64,000 nt of DNA from an uncultured Anaerolineales bacterium (lineage in GTDB: Bacteria > Chloroflexota > Anaerolineae > Anaerolineales > UBA6663). The stretch is taken from positions 41,387 through 105,386 of the forward strand of contig CAZSNP010000002.1 in the NCBI GenBank assembly GCA_964608265.1, in the 5' to 3' direction. The notes below the pieces were generated by a model. It was not told the DNA's origin and did not search any database. It saw only the letters and a program-made list of their open reading frames with translations. Of the stretch, positions 32,574-42,833 are shown piece after piece (position 1 is the first letter of the stretch; each line of letters begins with the position of its first letter). The translations under genes and the position numbers were made by a program.

Positions 32574-35500
32574 TCACGAAGAAGCCTCTGCCACCGGCGC
32601 AAACGGCAGCGTGAAATGGAAGGTGCTGCCTTTGCGGTACTCGCTCTCGAACCAGATGCGCCCGCCCTGCATCTCGATCAGGTTCTTGACGATGTTGAGG
32701 CCGAGGCCGGTGCCGGTGGCCATCTCGCGCGCCATGCGGTCCTCGGCGCGGAAGAACTTTTGGAAGAGCTTGCGTTGATCCTCGGGCGCGATGCCGATGC
32801 CGTCATCCTGCACCGACAGATGCAACACCTCCGGCGGGCCATCCGGCTCCCAGATGTTTTCGGCGCGCGCCGCCCGCAGCACGATGTGCCCGCCCTCGGG
32901 CGTGTACTTGTGCGCGTTCGAGATCAGGTTGGTGACGACCTGCGAGGTGCGCACGTAATCGGCCAGCACGTACGGCAGGTCGGTCGGAATCTCCACCGTC
33001 AGCAGTTGTTTCTTGGCCTCGAGCAACGCGCTGGTGCTGCGGATGACGTCGTCGGTGACGGCGGTGATCGGCAGCGGCTTCAACTCCAGCTTCAACCGCC
33101 CGCTCTCGATGCGGGCCACGTCGGAGAGGTCGGAGACCAGCGTGTTCATGCGCTCGACGTTGCCGCGGATGGTGCCGAGGAACTGCCGCTGCATGTCGTT
33201 GGGCTGGCCGACCACGCCGCCCATCAGCAAATCGGCGTAGCCCTTGATCGACGTCATCGGCGTCTTCAGCTCGTGCGCGACGAAGGACACAAATTCGCTC
33301 TTGGCCAGATTCGCGGCGTGCACCTCGGCGTACAGCCGCGCGTTCGTCAGGGCAATCGCGGCCAGGTCGCCGAGGCGCGTGGCGAACGCTTGCTGCTCCG
33401 GGGTGAAGCCTTCGGGCAGATTGCTCTCGAGCACGATCAGGCCGATGACCTGCCGCTCGCGCCGCAGCGGGATGGTGAACACCGCGCGCGTCGAGTCGAG
33501 CACCGGCAGGCCATGCGCCTCGCGGACGACATCGCCCAGCAGTTGCGGCTCGCCGGTGGCCAGCACCCGCCCAAGCAGACCTTCATCCAACGGCAGCGAC
33601 CGCTCGCTCAAATGCGCGGCCGCCTCGCCGTAGCCCTCGCTCACCAGCACGTTCACGCCGCTTTCGGAGGTCAGCCCGCCCCAGCCGGCGAGGGCGCTGG
33701 CGCTGCGCATCGCCGCGCGCAGCGTCACCGCCATCACCCGGTTGGTCTCGAGGGTGGTGTTCAACTCGCGCCCGATGCGTTGCAGCGCCGAGAGTTCATC
33801 CACGCGCGCGTTCAGCGCCTCATCCGTCTGCGTGAACAAGCGCGCGTTCTCGATGGCGATGACCGACGGCGTGGTGAAGGCGGTGAGCAGCGTTTGATCG
33901 TTCTCGTCGAACGGGGAGCCGTCGCGTTTGTTGATCAGTTGCAGCGCGCCGATGGGCCGGCCCTTGAACTTGAGCGGCACGGTGATGAGGGCGTGGGTGT
34001 GGAAGCCGGTGAAGGTATCGGCGTCTTTGTACCAGCGCGCATCCTTCTCCACATCGTTGACGATGACGGGCCGGCCGCCCTCGATGGCCTCGCCGACGAA
34101 GCCGCGCCCGGGGGCGATGCGCGTGCCGACCAGGTTCTGGCCCACCGGCCCGACGGCCACGCGGAAGACGTACTCACCGGTGTCGGCGTCAATCAAATAC
34201 AGGCTGCCGGCCTCGCAGTTGAGGATGCTGACCGCGCTCTGCACGATCTTTTCGAGCAACGGGTCGAGTTCGAGGGTCGAGGCGATGGTGAGGCTGACCT
34301 CGTTGAGGGTGGCCAGTTGGCGCGCGCGTTCCTCGGATTGTTGAAAGAGCCGCGCCTTGGTGATGGCCGAGGCGGCCTGATCGGCGATGGCCCAGAAGAT
34401 TTTGAGCTGGTCGTCGGTGAAGGTGATCGTCGGGTCGGTCGCCGCCACCATCATCGCCCCGATGGTCTCCGGCCCGGCGTTGAGCGGCACGCCCATCCAC
34501 GCGCGATAGAGCTTCGCGCCCGGCGTCACCTCGCGCCGGTGGCACTCCTCCGTGTAGTCGTCGGTGCGGATGGGTTGGCCGCTGCCGAGGATGACGCTCT
34601 CCAGCCCGCGGTCATCGGGCACCGGCTGGCCTTCACGCTCGAGGATGCGGTCGTCGTTTTCGACGTACAACTCGTACCGGGCCACGCCGCGCGGGTCCTT
34701 CAACGCGAGGAAGAAATTGCGCGCATCCACGATCTTGCCGGCCTGCGCGTTGATGAGTTCGAGCAAATCGTTGAAGGCGGTGGTGAAGCTCACCGCCTGC
34801 GACATCTGGCTGAGGACGTTGAGTTCCTTCACGCGCCGCTCGAGGTCGTTGATGACCGAGGCGCGTTCGACCGCCAGCGCGGCCTGGTCGGCCAGCGACT
34901 CGATAAAGCGCAAATCGTCGCGGCTGAACGGCTCGCCGGAGAGCTTCGGCCCGACGGCCAGCCAGCCGGTCAGCCCGCTCTTGCCCCGCAACGGCGTATA
35001 CAGCCCCGAACCGAGCACGGCCAGCCGCGCCCGATCACGCACCAGCCGCTGGGGCAGCGTCTGCTCGGGCGAGAGCAGCAGCGAGTTGCGTTCGCCCTTC
35101 AAATGCGTGGCCAGCGGGCCGTCGCTCGCAAACCGGATGTCGGTGGTGGCCTGGCCGCTATCGTCGGGCGCGGCGGCGAACTCATCGGTGACGCTGTCAT
35201 GCAGGAAGACGTGCAGGTGCGCGGGCTTCACCACTTCATCGGCCGTCTGCGCCAGCGCGGTCGTGATCTCGTATAACCCGGCAGCCTGAGTCAGCACGCG
35301 GCCAAACTGCTCGAGCTGGCGGGTGTAAGTCCGCGAGCCTTGAAAGAACGCCCGCTCGATCCAGCGTTGCAGCCGCTCGCGAATCGGGTTCGAGATAAAG
35401 ACCAGCACGAGCACCAGCACCGTCACCGTCAACGGGTCGCTCGCGTTGAGGGCCGTGCCGAGCAGCACACTCAGGCCGGCGAGCACCAGGCCGTACCCGG

Positions 35501-36632
35501 CCAGCGTGAAGCCGGTGACGAGGGCAAACGTCAATCCCCGCCCGAGCACCGCATCGGTGTCGAGCAGGCGATGGCGCAGGATGGTGTAGGCGACCGCTGC
35601 CGGGAAGAGGATGAGCGGGGCGATGAAGTACAGGCTGTTGAAGTACCACGGCTGAGGCGTCACTTGCGTCGCCACCCACACCAGCACCGGCGCGAAGCCC
35701 AGCAACATGCCGGCGAAGATGATGCCGCTCTGCGAACGCACGATGGGCGACTCGTTCCGCAGCCAGCGATAGAGCATCATCCCCAGCAGGAGCGTCATGC
35801 CCAGGCCGACGAAGATGAATTCCAGCCGCCAGCCCCACACATACGCATACGGGTCAACGCCCGGCGCGTAGACGGTGTACAGCGCATGCGCGGCCAGCAA
35901 CATCGCCGGGATGAAGATGACCAAACGCAACAGGGGCTGGCGCGAGAGCGGTGTGGCCAGGCGCGGGAAGACGAGGCCGAGCACGATCGCCGCCGCCCCA
36001 ACGTTGGCAACCGCAATCGTCCAGGCCCAGGTGAAGACGTGCGTGGTGTAAAAATCGAACAGGGTGCCGAGCAGCAACCCGGCCAGCGCGCATGTCAGCG
36101 CGAAGGCGCGCCCGGCGCTTTCGTTGCGGCGCAGGCGGAACACCCACACGCCGATGCCGAGGTAAGCCCAGCCCACCAGCGCCGGGACGATGAAGAAGCG
36201 GATGAGGTCGGCCAGCGGGAATTGGGTGAGGGTGACCGAGTAAACCTGCGGCGTGTCATCGGGCGCGAGCGTGCCGAGGGCCACCGTCTGCCCGACCGTT
36301 CGCGCGGCGAGCACCGCGCCCAGTTCGGCGGCGGTGCGCACCGGGATGCCGTCCACCGTCTGCAAACGGTAGCCCACCGGAACCGTGCGGCGCGCCCCCC
36401 ACGCCGGGTCGCCGGCCTCCCCGATGCCGTTGAAGGCGAAGGGCACCTCCACAAACGCGCCGAGGAAGGGCCGTTGCATGAAACCGATGGCCAGAAACGG
36501 CGCGACGAGGTTGAACAGAATCGCCAGCGCCAAAACGATCTGCACCGTCCATTCGAGCGCGCGCTCGACGGTGGCGGCGGGGTGCTCACCGGCCTCGCGC
36601 TTCAATTCCGTTGCCTCGATGGCCTGGGACAT
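32574..36632 (-). CDS. large multi-TM sensor histidine kinase with PDZ-like loop, multiple GAF domains, HisKA and HATPase_c
   Basis: 1352 aa with ~12 TM segments. Loop GYRLQTVDGIPVRTAAELGAVLAARTVGQTVALG. Three GAF-like blocks. H-box VAHELKTPMTSI. C-terminal GTGLGLNIVKNLIEMQGG. Confidence 0.85.
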   Translation of the reverse strand: MSQAIEATELKREAGEHPAATVERALEWTVQIVLALAILFNLVAPFLAIGFMQRPFLGAFVEVPFAFNGIGEAGDPAWGARRTVPVGYRLQTVDGIPVRTAAELGAVLAARTVGQTVALGTLAPDDTPQVYSVTLTQFPLADLIRFFIVPALVGWAYLGIGVWVFRLRRNESAGRAFALTCALAGLLLGTLFDFYTTHVFTWAWTIAVANVGAAAIVLGLVFPRLATPLSRQPLLRLVIFIPAMLLAAHALYTVYAPGVDPYAYVWGWRLEFIFVGLGMTLLLGMMLYRWLRNESPIVRSQSGIIFAGMLLGFAPVLVWVATQVTPQPWYFNSLYFIAPLILFPAAVAYTILRHRLLDTDAVLGRGLTFALVTGFTLAGYGLVLAGLSVLLGTALNASDPLTVTVLVLVLVFISNPIRERLQRWIERAFFQGSRTYTRQLEQFGRVLTQAAGLYEITTALAQTADEVVKPAHLHVFLHDSVTDEFAAAPDDSGQATTDIRFASDGPLATHLKGERNSLLLSPEQTLPQRLVRDRARLAVLGSGLYTPLRGKSGLTGWLAVGPKLSGEPFSRDDLRFIESLADQAALAVERASVINDLERRVKELNVLSQMSQAVSFTTAFNDLLELINAQAGKIVDARNFFLALKDPRGVARYELYVENDDRILEREGQPVPDDRGLESVILGSGQPIRTDDYTEECHRREVTPGAKLYRAWMGVPLNAGPETIGAMMVAATDPTITFTDDQLKIFWAIADQAASAITKARLFQQSEERARQLATLNEVSLTIASTLELDPLLEKIVQSAVSILNCEAGSLYLIDADTGEYVFRVAVGPVGQNLVGTRIAPGRGFVGEAIEGGRPVIVNDVEKDARWYKDADTFTGFHTHALITVPLKFKGRPIGALQLINKRDGSPFDENDQTLLTAFTTPSVIAIENARLFTQTDEALNARVDELSALQRIGRELNTTLETNRVMAVTLRAAMRSASALAGWGGLTSESGVNVLVSEGYGEAAAHLSERSLPLDEGLLGRVLATGEPQLLGDVVREAHGLPVLDSTRAVFTIPLRRERQVIGLIVLESNLPEGFTPEQQAFATRLGDLAAIALTNARLYAEVHAANLAKSEFVSFVAHELKTPMTSIKGYADLLMGGVVGQPNDMQRQFLGTIRGNVERMNTLVSDLSDVARIESGRLKLELKPLPITAVTDDVIRSTSALLEAKKQLLTVEIPTDLPYVLADYVRTSQVVTNLISNAHKYTPEGGHIVLRAARAENIWEPDGPPEVLHLSVQDDGIGIAPEDQRKLFQKFFRAEDRMAREMATGTGLGLNIVKNLIEMQGGRIWFESEYRKGSTFHFTLPFAPVAEASS

Positions 36633-36638
36633 GGCGCG

Positions 36639-36644
36639 ATTCTA
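36639..36644 (-). promoter_or_regulatory. -10-like box TAGAAT, 6 nt upstream of the large HK ATG
   Basis: Reverse strand TAGAAT CGCGCC ATG. Confidence 0.35.
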
Positions 36645-36782
36645 TGCCCGGATGAGGGGTGGAGCAAGAGCCAGGGTGGTTGGGGTGTGTTAGATGTCGC
36701 CCCTGCCCTCAAGGCAGCCGCAGTTTGGGGAGCGGGTGGCGTTACATGGTCGAACTCTTTCAACGCGGGGCTGGGGGTGAGG

Positions 36783-36788
36783 TAGAAT
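36783..36788 (+). promoter_or_regulatory. -10-like box TAGAAT, 8 nt upstream of birA ATG
   Basis: TAGAAT GCCGCGGC ATG(36797). Confidence 0.35.
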
Positions 36789-36796
36789 GCCGCGGC

Positions 36797-37588
36797 ATGT
36801 TTCGTGCACACGACCTCACGCGCGCGCTGCGCGATTTGCGCCTGGCGCGCGCCGTACATTTCCATCCCAGCCTCGGCTCGACGATGGACGAGGCCAAACG
36901 CCTCGCCGAGGACGGCGCGCCCGAGGGCACGCTCGTCATCGCCGAGGCACAGACGGCGGGGCGCGGGCGCAACGGCCGCGCCTGGCTCACCCCGCCGGGC
37001 AGCGCCCTGGCGCTCAGCCTGGTGTTGCGTCCGTCGCTCAAAGCCGGCGACGCGGCGCGGTTGACGATGTTGGCCGGCGTGGCTGTGGGTGAGGCGATTG
37101 AGCAAACAGCGAACGTGGCTGCGGCGCTCAAATGGCCGAACGACGTATTGATCAACGGCCAGAAGACAGCCGGCGTGTTGATCGAGTCGGCGCTGCGCGG
37201 GGCGGAGCTTGATTTCGCCGTGCTCGGCCTCGGGCTGAACGTGAGCTGGTCGCCGCCGCCCGAGGCGGTGGATTTCCCGGCCACCTGCGTGCAGGCCGAA
37301 GCGTCGGCGCCGGTCGATCGGCTGGCGCTGCTGCGCTCAGTGCTCGTTCGACTGGAGGCGCGCTACGACGACTTGAACGCCGCTTCGCTGTTCGCCGACT
37401 GGCGCGCGCGGCTGAGCACGCTCGGGCAGTGGATTGAGTTTCGCGACGGCCCGCATCTCATCACCGGCCTGGCGGAGGACGTCACGCCGGGCGGCGCTTT
37501 GTTGGTTCGGCTGGATTCAGGCGCACGCCAAACCGTGTTCGCCGGCGAGGTGCGCGCCGTGCGCGCGATTGACGCGCCGCCGAATTGA
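36797..37588 (+). CDS. birA: biotin--[acetyl-CoA-carboxylase] ligase (group I, no HTH domain)
   Basis: STMDEAKRLA..GAPEGTLVIAEAQTAGRGRNGR.W.TPPGSALALSLVLRP and LKWPNDVLINGQKTAGVLIE. Confidence 0.85.
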   Translation: MFRAHDLTRALRDLRLARAVHFHPSLGSTMDEAKRLAEDGAPEGTLVIAEAQTAGRGRNGRAWLTPPGSALALSLVLRPSLKAGDAARLTMLAGVAVGEAIEQTANVAAALKWPNDVLINGQKTAGVLIESALRGAELDFAVLGLGLNVSWSPPPEAVDFPATCVQAEASAPVDRLALLRSVLVRLEARYDDLNAASLFADWRARLSTLGQWIEFRDGPHLITGLAEDVTPGGALLVRLDSGARQTVFAGEVRAVRAIDAPPN

Positions 37589-37613
37589 ACTAAACTTGCG
37601 GATGGAGGCAGAC

Positions 37614-37808
37614 ATGTTCGACAACTTGCGGCAACCGGCGAGTGATAACTCCTTTGACGTGCGACCGGCGGGCGGCAATGAGCGTTCGCTGTTTGGCCTG
37701 AAACCCTCGCAACTTTTCATCGTCTCGCTCATGCTCTTCATCAACGTCGCCTTCCTCGGCTGCTTCGCGTTGATCGTGTTTGAAAAGATCGCCCTGCCGC
37801 TGTTCTGA
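37614..37808 (+). CDS. small membrane protein (64 aa), hypothetical
   Basis: GGAGG 5 nt before ATG 37614. One TM (LFIVSLMLFINVAFLGCFALIVF). Followed by a perfect palindromic terminator. Confidence 0.4.
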   Translation: MFDNLRQPASDNSFDVRPAGGNERSLFGLKPSQLFIVSLMLFINVAFLGCFALIVFEKIALPLF

Positions 37809-37827
37809 GCCAATCTGACGCGGGCGA

Positions 37828-37861
37828 CCCGTTGGGGCACGGCATGCCGTGCCCCAACGGG
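37828..37861. terminator. 34-nt perfect palindrome, bidirectional terminator between convergent genes
   Basis: CCCGTTGGGGCACGGCA|TGCCGTGCCCCAACGGG followed by TTTAATT. Confidence 0.7.
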
Positions 37862-37868
37862 TTTAATT

Positions 37869-40367
37869 CTACGGCCTGAGCGTCAACGTCTCCGCCTTCA
37901 TTGCCTCGACTGCCGCGCGGGTGAACGGCAGCGTGTTGTACTCGATCTTGCGCCACTTCTCGGCATAATCAATGTAGTGCGCGTGATACGGGTGGCCCGA
38001 CTGCCCGGTGGTGTGGATGGCGCGGGTGTTGTCGAAGTCGCTGAAGTCCACGATCAGCCGCATCGACGGCACCGAGGTCACCGCATACGGCTCTCCGCGC
38101 AGGAGGTTGAAGCCGGTGGCGTTGACGATGGATGTGCCCCCGCTGGTGGCGAACGGCCCGCGATTGAACAGCGCGCGGATCGGCGCCGGCCACGCGGTGC
38201 TGCCGAAGACCCGGTTGTTGAACGTCGAGGTGTGCAACCGGCCCCAGTTCCACTCCTCCATCGAGCCGCCCAGCCGCGTCTTCAAATCAGCCACGCCCTC
38301 GGCGAAGGCGCGGCGCAGGATGTCGTCGCGCGATTCGATCACCCCGGTGCCCTGGTCATCCCACCACGCGCTGTTCGGCTGGGCCATGAGCACGCGCAGC
38401 CGCACCCAGGTGTCGTCGTTGCCCTGCGGCCGATACTCCTCGGGCAGCGGCTCATCCCAAAACGTCTCCATCACCAGCGAGCGGAAGAAGCCGGCATAGA
38501 TCGCCGCCGGCCGCGAACCCATCCGCATCTGCAGATCCCACCCGCGCAACTCGGCCTGGGCGCGCGCTAACTCCGGGTCATCGAACTGCAGGGCCAGCAA
38601 CGCCGGCAGCACCTCCGCCGCGCCGAGGTTTTTGTCGTCGCCGTGGATCGTCATCATATCTTCGAGCGACAGCGTCGGCCTGGCGCGGATCATCTCATTG
38701 ATGCGCGCCGCGCGATAGCCCATGTCGAAGCCGCTGGCGGTGATGAGGTATGGATATTCCGGCCCGACGACGGGCTGGTTGGCGGTGGCGAGGTAGCCCT
38801 GCGGCGGGTTGAAGGCGTAGGGCAACTCGTCGAACGGGATGAAGCCCGTCCACTGATAGTCGTCCGTCCAGCCGGGCACCGGCAGCGTGCCGTCGCCGCT
38901 CCGGCGGATGGGCACGTTGCTCGGCATCTGATAGCCGATGTTGCCGTCGACATCGGCGTACACGAAGTTCTGCGCCGGCACGTTCCAATAGCGCAGGGCA
39001 TTCCGAAAATCATCCCAGTTCTGCGCGCGGTTGAGTTCGAGCACCGCACGGAAAACCTGCCCCGTGTCGAGCGCGGTCCAGCGCAGGGCCAGCCCGTAGC
39101 TCGCATCGAGCGCGACGCTGTTGATCGTCACCGTCTCGGAGATCAGGCTCTCGGCGTCGCCAAACACGTCGTTGATGAGCGGCCCGTTGCGGGTGTAGCG
39201 AATCGTCACCGGCACCGGCTCGCCGCCGAGCACGTTGATCGTCTCCTCAATCACCGTCATATCGCGCCACGCGCCGTTGACGTCGTATTGATTGGGGTTG
39301 GCCGGGTTGATCTTTTCGATGAAAAGATCCTGCACGTCGGGGTCGACGTTCGTCACCCCCCAGGCGATGCGGGCGTTGTGGCCGATGATGACGCCGGGGT
39401 CACCGGCCAGCGAATAGCCCACCACATCGAACGGGCAATCGGCGGAGACCGTGCGGCAGTGCAGACCGACAAGATACCAGATCGCTGGCATCTGAATCCC
39501 AAGGTGGGGATCGTTGGCGAGCAGCGGCTGGCCGGTGTTCGTGCGGCTACCGTGGATGACCCAGTTGTTCGAGCCTATGCCGCGCCGCGCTTCGCCGAAG
39601 GCATTGCCGAACAGCGCGCGCACATCGTCGATCCGCGCCCGCACCCGATGCAGCCCAAGCGCACCGACGGCGGGCGAGGGCACGATGACGGGATGATCGC
39701 GCGGCGGCGCGGGCAGAAACTCGGCGGTCCGCTGCGGGCCGAGGGCCTCGGTCAGCACAGCGCGCATGATTTCGTTATCCATGCTGCCGCTCAAATCCCA
39801 CGCCATCGCCTTGCCCCACGCCAGCGAGTCAGCCGCGCTCCACGCATACGGCTTCCGGCTCGGGTCAAAGCCGTTGAGCGCCAGCAGCGAATACTCGAGG
39901 CCGAGGTCGGCATACGTGCGCGGGCCGATGTACGCATTCACACCCTCGGTATAGGCGTCGAGGATGGCGCGTGTTTCGCCATCGGCCAGCGCATGTTCCT
40001 GCTCGGCCACGCGCCACCAGCCGACGGTGCGCAGGAACATATCCGTCTCCACCTGGCTCGCGCCGACGAGTTCGGAGAGGCGCCCGGCGGTGGTGTGCCG
40101 CCAGAAATCCATCTGCCAGAAACGGTCTTGCGCGTGAACGTAGCCCTGCGCGAAGAACAGGTCGTGCGGGGTGTCGGCGTAAAGGTGCGGCACGCCGTTG
40201 ACATCGCGGATGATCTCGACCGGGCCGCGCAGGCCGGGCGCGGTCAGCGCGCCGGCCGTTTGCGGGAACGAGCGGGTGATGGTGTAACCGAGGAAGGTAA
40301 GGGCCAGCACGACCACGGCCAGCAGGACGATACCAACGACGCGCAGCACGCCGAGCACGGTTCGCAT
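37869..40367 (-). CDS. penicillin acylase family protein (Ntn-hydrolase, peptidase S45)
   Basis: MRTVLGVLRVVGIVLLAVVVL TM, then VEIIRDVNGVPHLYADTPHDLFFAQGYVHAQDRFWQMDFWR and the GSNNWV autoprocessing site. This is only the 3' third of the 2550-aa track ORF. Confidence 0.85.
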   Translation of the reverse strand: MRTVLGVLRVVGIVLLAVVVLALTFLGYTITRSFPQTAGALTAPGLRGPVEIIRDVNGVPHLYADTPHDLFFAQGYVHAQDRFWQMDFWRHTTAGRLSELVGASQVETDMFLRTVGWWRVAEQEHALADGETRAILDAYTEGVNAYIGPRTYADLGLEYSLLALNGFDPSRKPYAWSAADSLAWGKAMAWDLSGSMDNEIMRAVLTEALGPQRTAEFLPAPPRDHPVIVPSPAVGALGLHRVRARIDDVRALFGNAFGEARRGIGSNNWVIHGSRTNTGQPLLANDPHLGIQMPAIWYLVGLHCRTVSADCPFDVVGYSLAGDPGVIIGHNARIAWGVTNVDPDVQDLFIEKINPANPNQYDVNGAWRDMTVIEETINVLGGEPVPVTIRYTRNGPLINDVFGDAESLISETVTINSVALDASYGLALRWTALDTGQVFRAVLELNRAQNWDDFRNALRYWNVPAQNFVYADVDGNIGYQMPSNVPIRRSGDGTLPVPGWTDDYQWTGFIPFDELPYAFNPPQGYLATANQPVVGPEYPYLITASGFDMGYRAARINEMIRARPTLSLEDMMTIHGDDKNLGAAEVLPALLALQFDDPELARAQAELRGWDLQMRMGSRPAAIYAGFFRSLVMETFWDEPLPEEYRPQGNDDTWVRLRVLMAQPNSAWWDDQGTGVIESRDDILRRAFAEGVADLKTRLGGSMEEWNWGRLHTSTFNNRVFGSTAWPAPIRALFNRGPFATSGGTSIVNATGFNLLRGEPYAVTSVPSMRLIVDFSDFDNTRAIHTTGQSGHPYHAHYIDYAEKWRKIEYNTLPFTRAAVEAMKAETLTLRP

Positions 40368-40398
40368 ATTGACCTCACGAGTGGGTTGCGGTGGCGCA

Positions 40399-40427
40399 CT
40401 TGTACCACCGGCGCAGCCCGGCGTCAA
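40399..40427 (-). promoter_or_regulatory. putative promoter of the penicillin acylase gene
   Basis: Reverse strand TTGACG - 17 nt - TACAAG; GAGG SD before the ATG. Confidence 0.35.
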
Positions 40428-40441
40428 ACACCCATCGCGGA

Positions 40442-40447
40442 TACAAT
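40442..40447 (+). promoter_or_regulatory. -10-like box TACAAT, 10 nt upstream of ATG 40458
   Basis: TACAAT CTGCTCCAAC ATG. Confidence 0.3.
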
Positions 40448-40457
40448 CTGCTCCAAC

Positions 40458-42689
40458 ATGCGACTCGCCGTTTTCATTTTGCTGGCCGCATTCTACCTGC
40501 GCCTCACCGATCTGTTGAGCTTCCCCGTCTTCATTGACGAAGCGACCTACGTGCACTGGGCCAGGCTGTTCGCCGCGAACACGCCCACATATCCGGTGTG
40601 GATGGAGGGCCGCCTCCTCGCGGTGATGTGGATGGCGCTGTTCGACCTCTCGGGCGCGGGGCCGCTGTGGCTGGCGCGGGCGGCGGTGGCGCTGCTGTCG
40701 GTGATGAACTGCGCGGCCTGCCTCACGGTGGGCCGGTGGGCGGGCGGGCGAGTTGTGGGTTGGATGGCGGGCGGGTTGTACGCGGCGTTGCCGTACGCGC
40801 TCTTTCACGACCGGCAGGCGATCACCGATCCGGTGGCGACGGCCTTCGGTTCGCTCGTGCTCGTGGGCGCGTTGAGCCTGGCTCGCACGCGGCGCTGGCC
40901 GCTCGTCGTGCCGCTGGGCGCGGCGTTCGCGGCGGCGGTGCTGGCGAAGTTCAACGCCGCGCAATATCCGGTCGTGTTTGTGCTGGCCGTCATCGTCATC
41001 GCCCGCACACGGCGTGAGCGCGCAACACTCGCGCTGCAATTCGGCGCGGCGCTGCTGGTGGCTGCCGTGGGCGTCGGCGCGTTTGCCGGGCTGCTCGGCC
41101 CGAGGCTGGGCAGCGGCGGCGGCATCCTGGCCGACTCGGCGTTGAGCCAGCAGCAGTGCCCGCCCGCGCTGTGCGGCGGCGATTGGGCCGAGCAGTGGCG
41201 GCGTTTGCCCCTCGCCCTCAACAGCCTGCCCGAGGTCGTGCCGCCCTACTTCGGCTGGCCGCTGCTCGCCGCCGCGGTGCTGGGCAGCGTTTCGCCTCGC
41301 CCGGCGCGGGAGGGGTCGGGGGGGAGGGCGAGCCGGCGGCCATTGATCGTCACCCTCGCCCTCACCCTCCTCCTCATGCTCCTCGCCGTCATCGTCACCA
41401 TGCGCTCGGTGGTCGTGCCGCGCTACATGGGCTTCATGGTCGTGCCGCTGCTCGTGCTGGCGGCGAATGGGGTGGCGTACTTTTTCAACCGGCGCACGCT
41501 CATCCCCGGCCTGCTGGCGCTGGGGATCGTGGCGCTCTCGTTTCGCAATTCGCTGACGTTGCTCACCGCGCCGACGCAGGTCGAGCTGCCGGCGATTGAT
41601 CGGCAGCAATACCTCACCGGCTTTTACTCCGGCCGCGGCTTTCGCGAGCTCGCGGCGACGGTGGCCGCCCGCGAGCCACAACCGCTGACGCTGACGAGGA
41701 CGGCGTGGCAGACACTGCCGCTCAACGCCTACCTCGACGCGCGCGGCTTGCAGGCCGTGGCGGCGACCGAGGCGCGCTGGCCCGCCGTGCTCCGGGCCCT
41801 CGCGGCGCAAGGCGGCGTGTCCGTCATCGAGGAACTCGATGGCGACTCGTTGACCGATGGCGAAACTCAGTTTACGCTCGAACGCGAGGGCGAGGCCAGG
41901 ACGTTGCGGCTCGTTCACTTCGATGAGCCGACGGCGACTCTGTTCGATGCGGTCTTCCAGCGGCCCGATGCTTTCCTCGACGCCTACGCTCAACTCATCG
42001 CCGACACGCCGGCCGAGGCCGCCCTCGTGCCGTATCCGCTGCATCAGGCCTCGGTGCTCAAAGAACGCACGCCGCTCACCGTCATCGACACCGCGCAGCG
42101 CTGGGACACCGCAGCCCTCATCGCCGAGGCCGGGGGCCGGCCGCGCGTCCGCACCGTTTTTCTGGATGAGGCCCGCTTCGATCCGGAGCGCAGCTTCGAG
42201 GCGTGGCTGGCTGCGGATTTCCACCACCTCGGCGTGCGCTGGTTCGGCCCGCTGCGTGCGGTGGATTGGGCCGGCGCGGCCGAGCTGGATCGCTTGTGGC
42301 GCGCCGAGGTTGCCTTCGGCCAGGCGTTGACCCTGCGGACGGTGGAGGTCGGCGAGGCTGCCGCGCGGCCCGGTGAACCGCTGCGCCTGCGGCTGACGTT
42401 CGCGGCCTCGGCCCCAACCGCCATCCCGTACAAAGTCTTCGTCCATCTCATCCGAGGCGATCAACTCCTCGGCCAGCACGACAGCGAGCCGGTTGCCGAC
42501 CTGCGCCCGACGACGGGTTGGCGGCCCGGCGAGGTCATCCGCGATCAAATTGCCCTGCAAATCCCGGCCGATTTGCCGCCCGGCGAGGCCCGGCTGCGGA
42601 TTGGGCTGTACGACCCCGTCAGCGGCGACCGGATTCTGACCCTTGACGGCGCGGAGTTTTACCTGTCGCCGCCGCTCACGCTGCGCTGA
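40458..42689 (+). CDS. GT-C fold membrane glycosyltransferase (ArnT/PMT family 39-like) with large C-terminal soluble domain
   Basis: MRLAVFILLAAFYLRLTDLLSFPVFIDEATYVHWA (first-loop DE motif), >10 TM segments, then ~350 aa soluble. In frame with track ORF 38643..42689, whose upstream part is antisense to the acylase. Confidence 0.55.
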   Translation: MRLAVFILLAAFYLRLTDLLSFPVFIDEATYVHWARLFAANTPTYPVWMEGRLLAVMWMALFDLSGAGPLWLARAAVALLSVMNCAACLTVGRWAGGRVVGWMAGGLYAALPYALFHDRQAITDPVATAFGSLVLVGALSLARTRRWPLVVPLGAAFAAAVLAKFNAAQYPVVFVLAVIVIARTRRERATLALQFGAALLVAAVGVGAFAGLLGPRLGSGGGILADSALSQQQCPPALCGGDWAEQWRRLPLALNSLPEVVPPYFGWPLLAAAVLGSVSPRPAREGSGGRASRRPLIVTLALTLLLMLLAVIVTMRSVVVPRYMGFMVVPLLVLAANGVAYFFNRRTLIPGLLALGIVALSFRNSLTLLTAPTQVELPAIDRQQYLTGFYSGRGFRELAATVAAREPQPLTLTRTAWQTLPLNAYLDARGLQAVAATEARWPAVLRALAAQGGVSVIEELDGDSLTDGETQFTLEREGEARTLRLVHFDEPTATLFDAVFQRPDAFLDAYAQLIADTPAEAALVPYPLHQASVLKERTPLTVIDTAQRWDTAALIAEAGGRPRVRTVFLDEARFDPERSFEAWLAADFHHLGVRWFGPLRAVDWAGAAELDRLWRAEVAFGQALTLRTVEVGEAAARPGEPLRLRLTFAASAPTAIPYKVFVHLIRGDQLLGQHDSEPVADLRPTTGWRPGEVIRDQIALQIPADLPPGEARLRIGLYDPVSGDRILTLDGAEFYLSPPLTLR

Positions 42690-42833
42690 TCCGATTGGAA
42701 AAGTTCCCTCGCGTTGAGTACACTTAAGCCTGGATAAGTCACGGCTGAGATCGCAGAGTAAAATAGGTTTTCTCAGCGCGCTCCGTGGTTCAACCACCCC
42801 GGTCATACAGTCGCGGTGAAAGAAGGTCAGGCA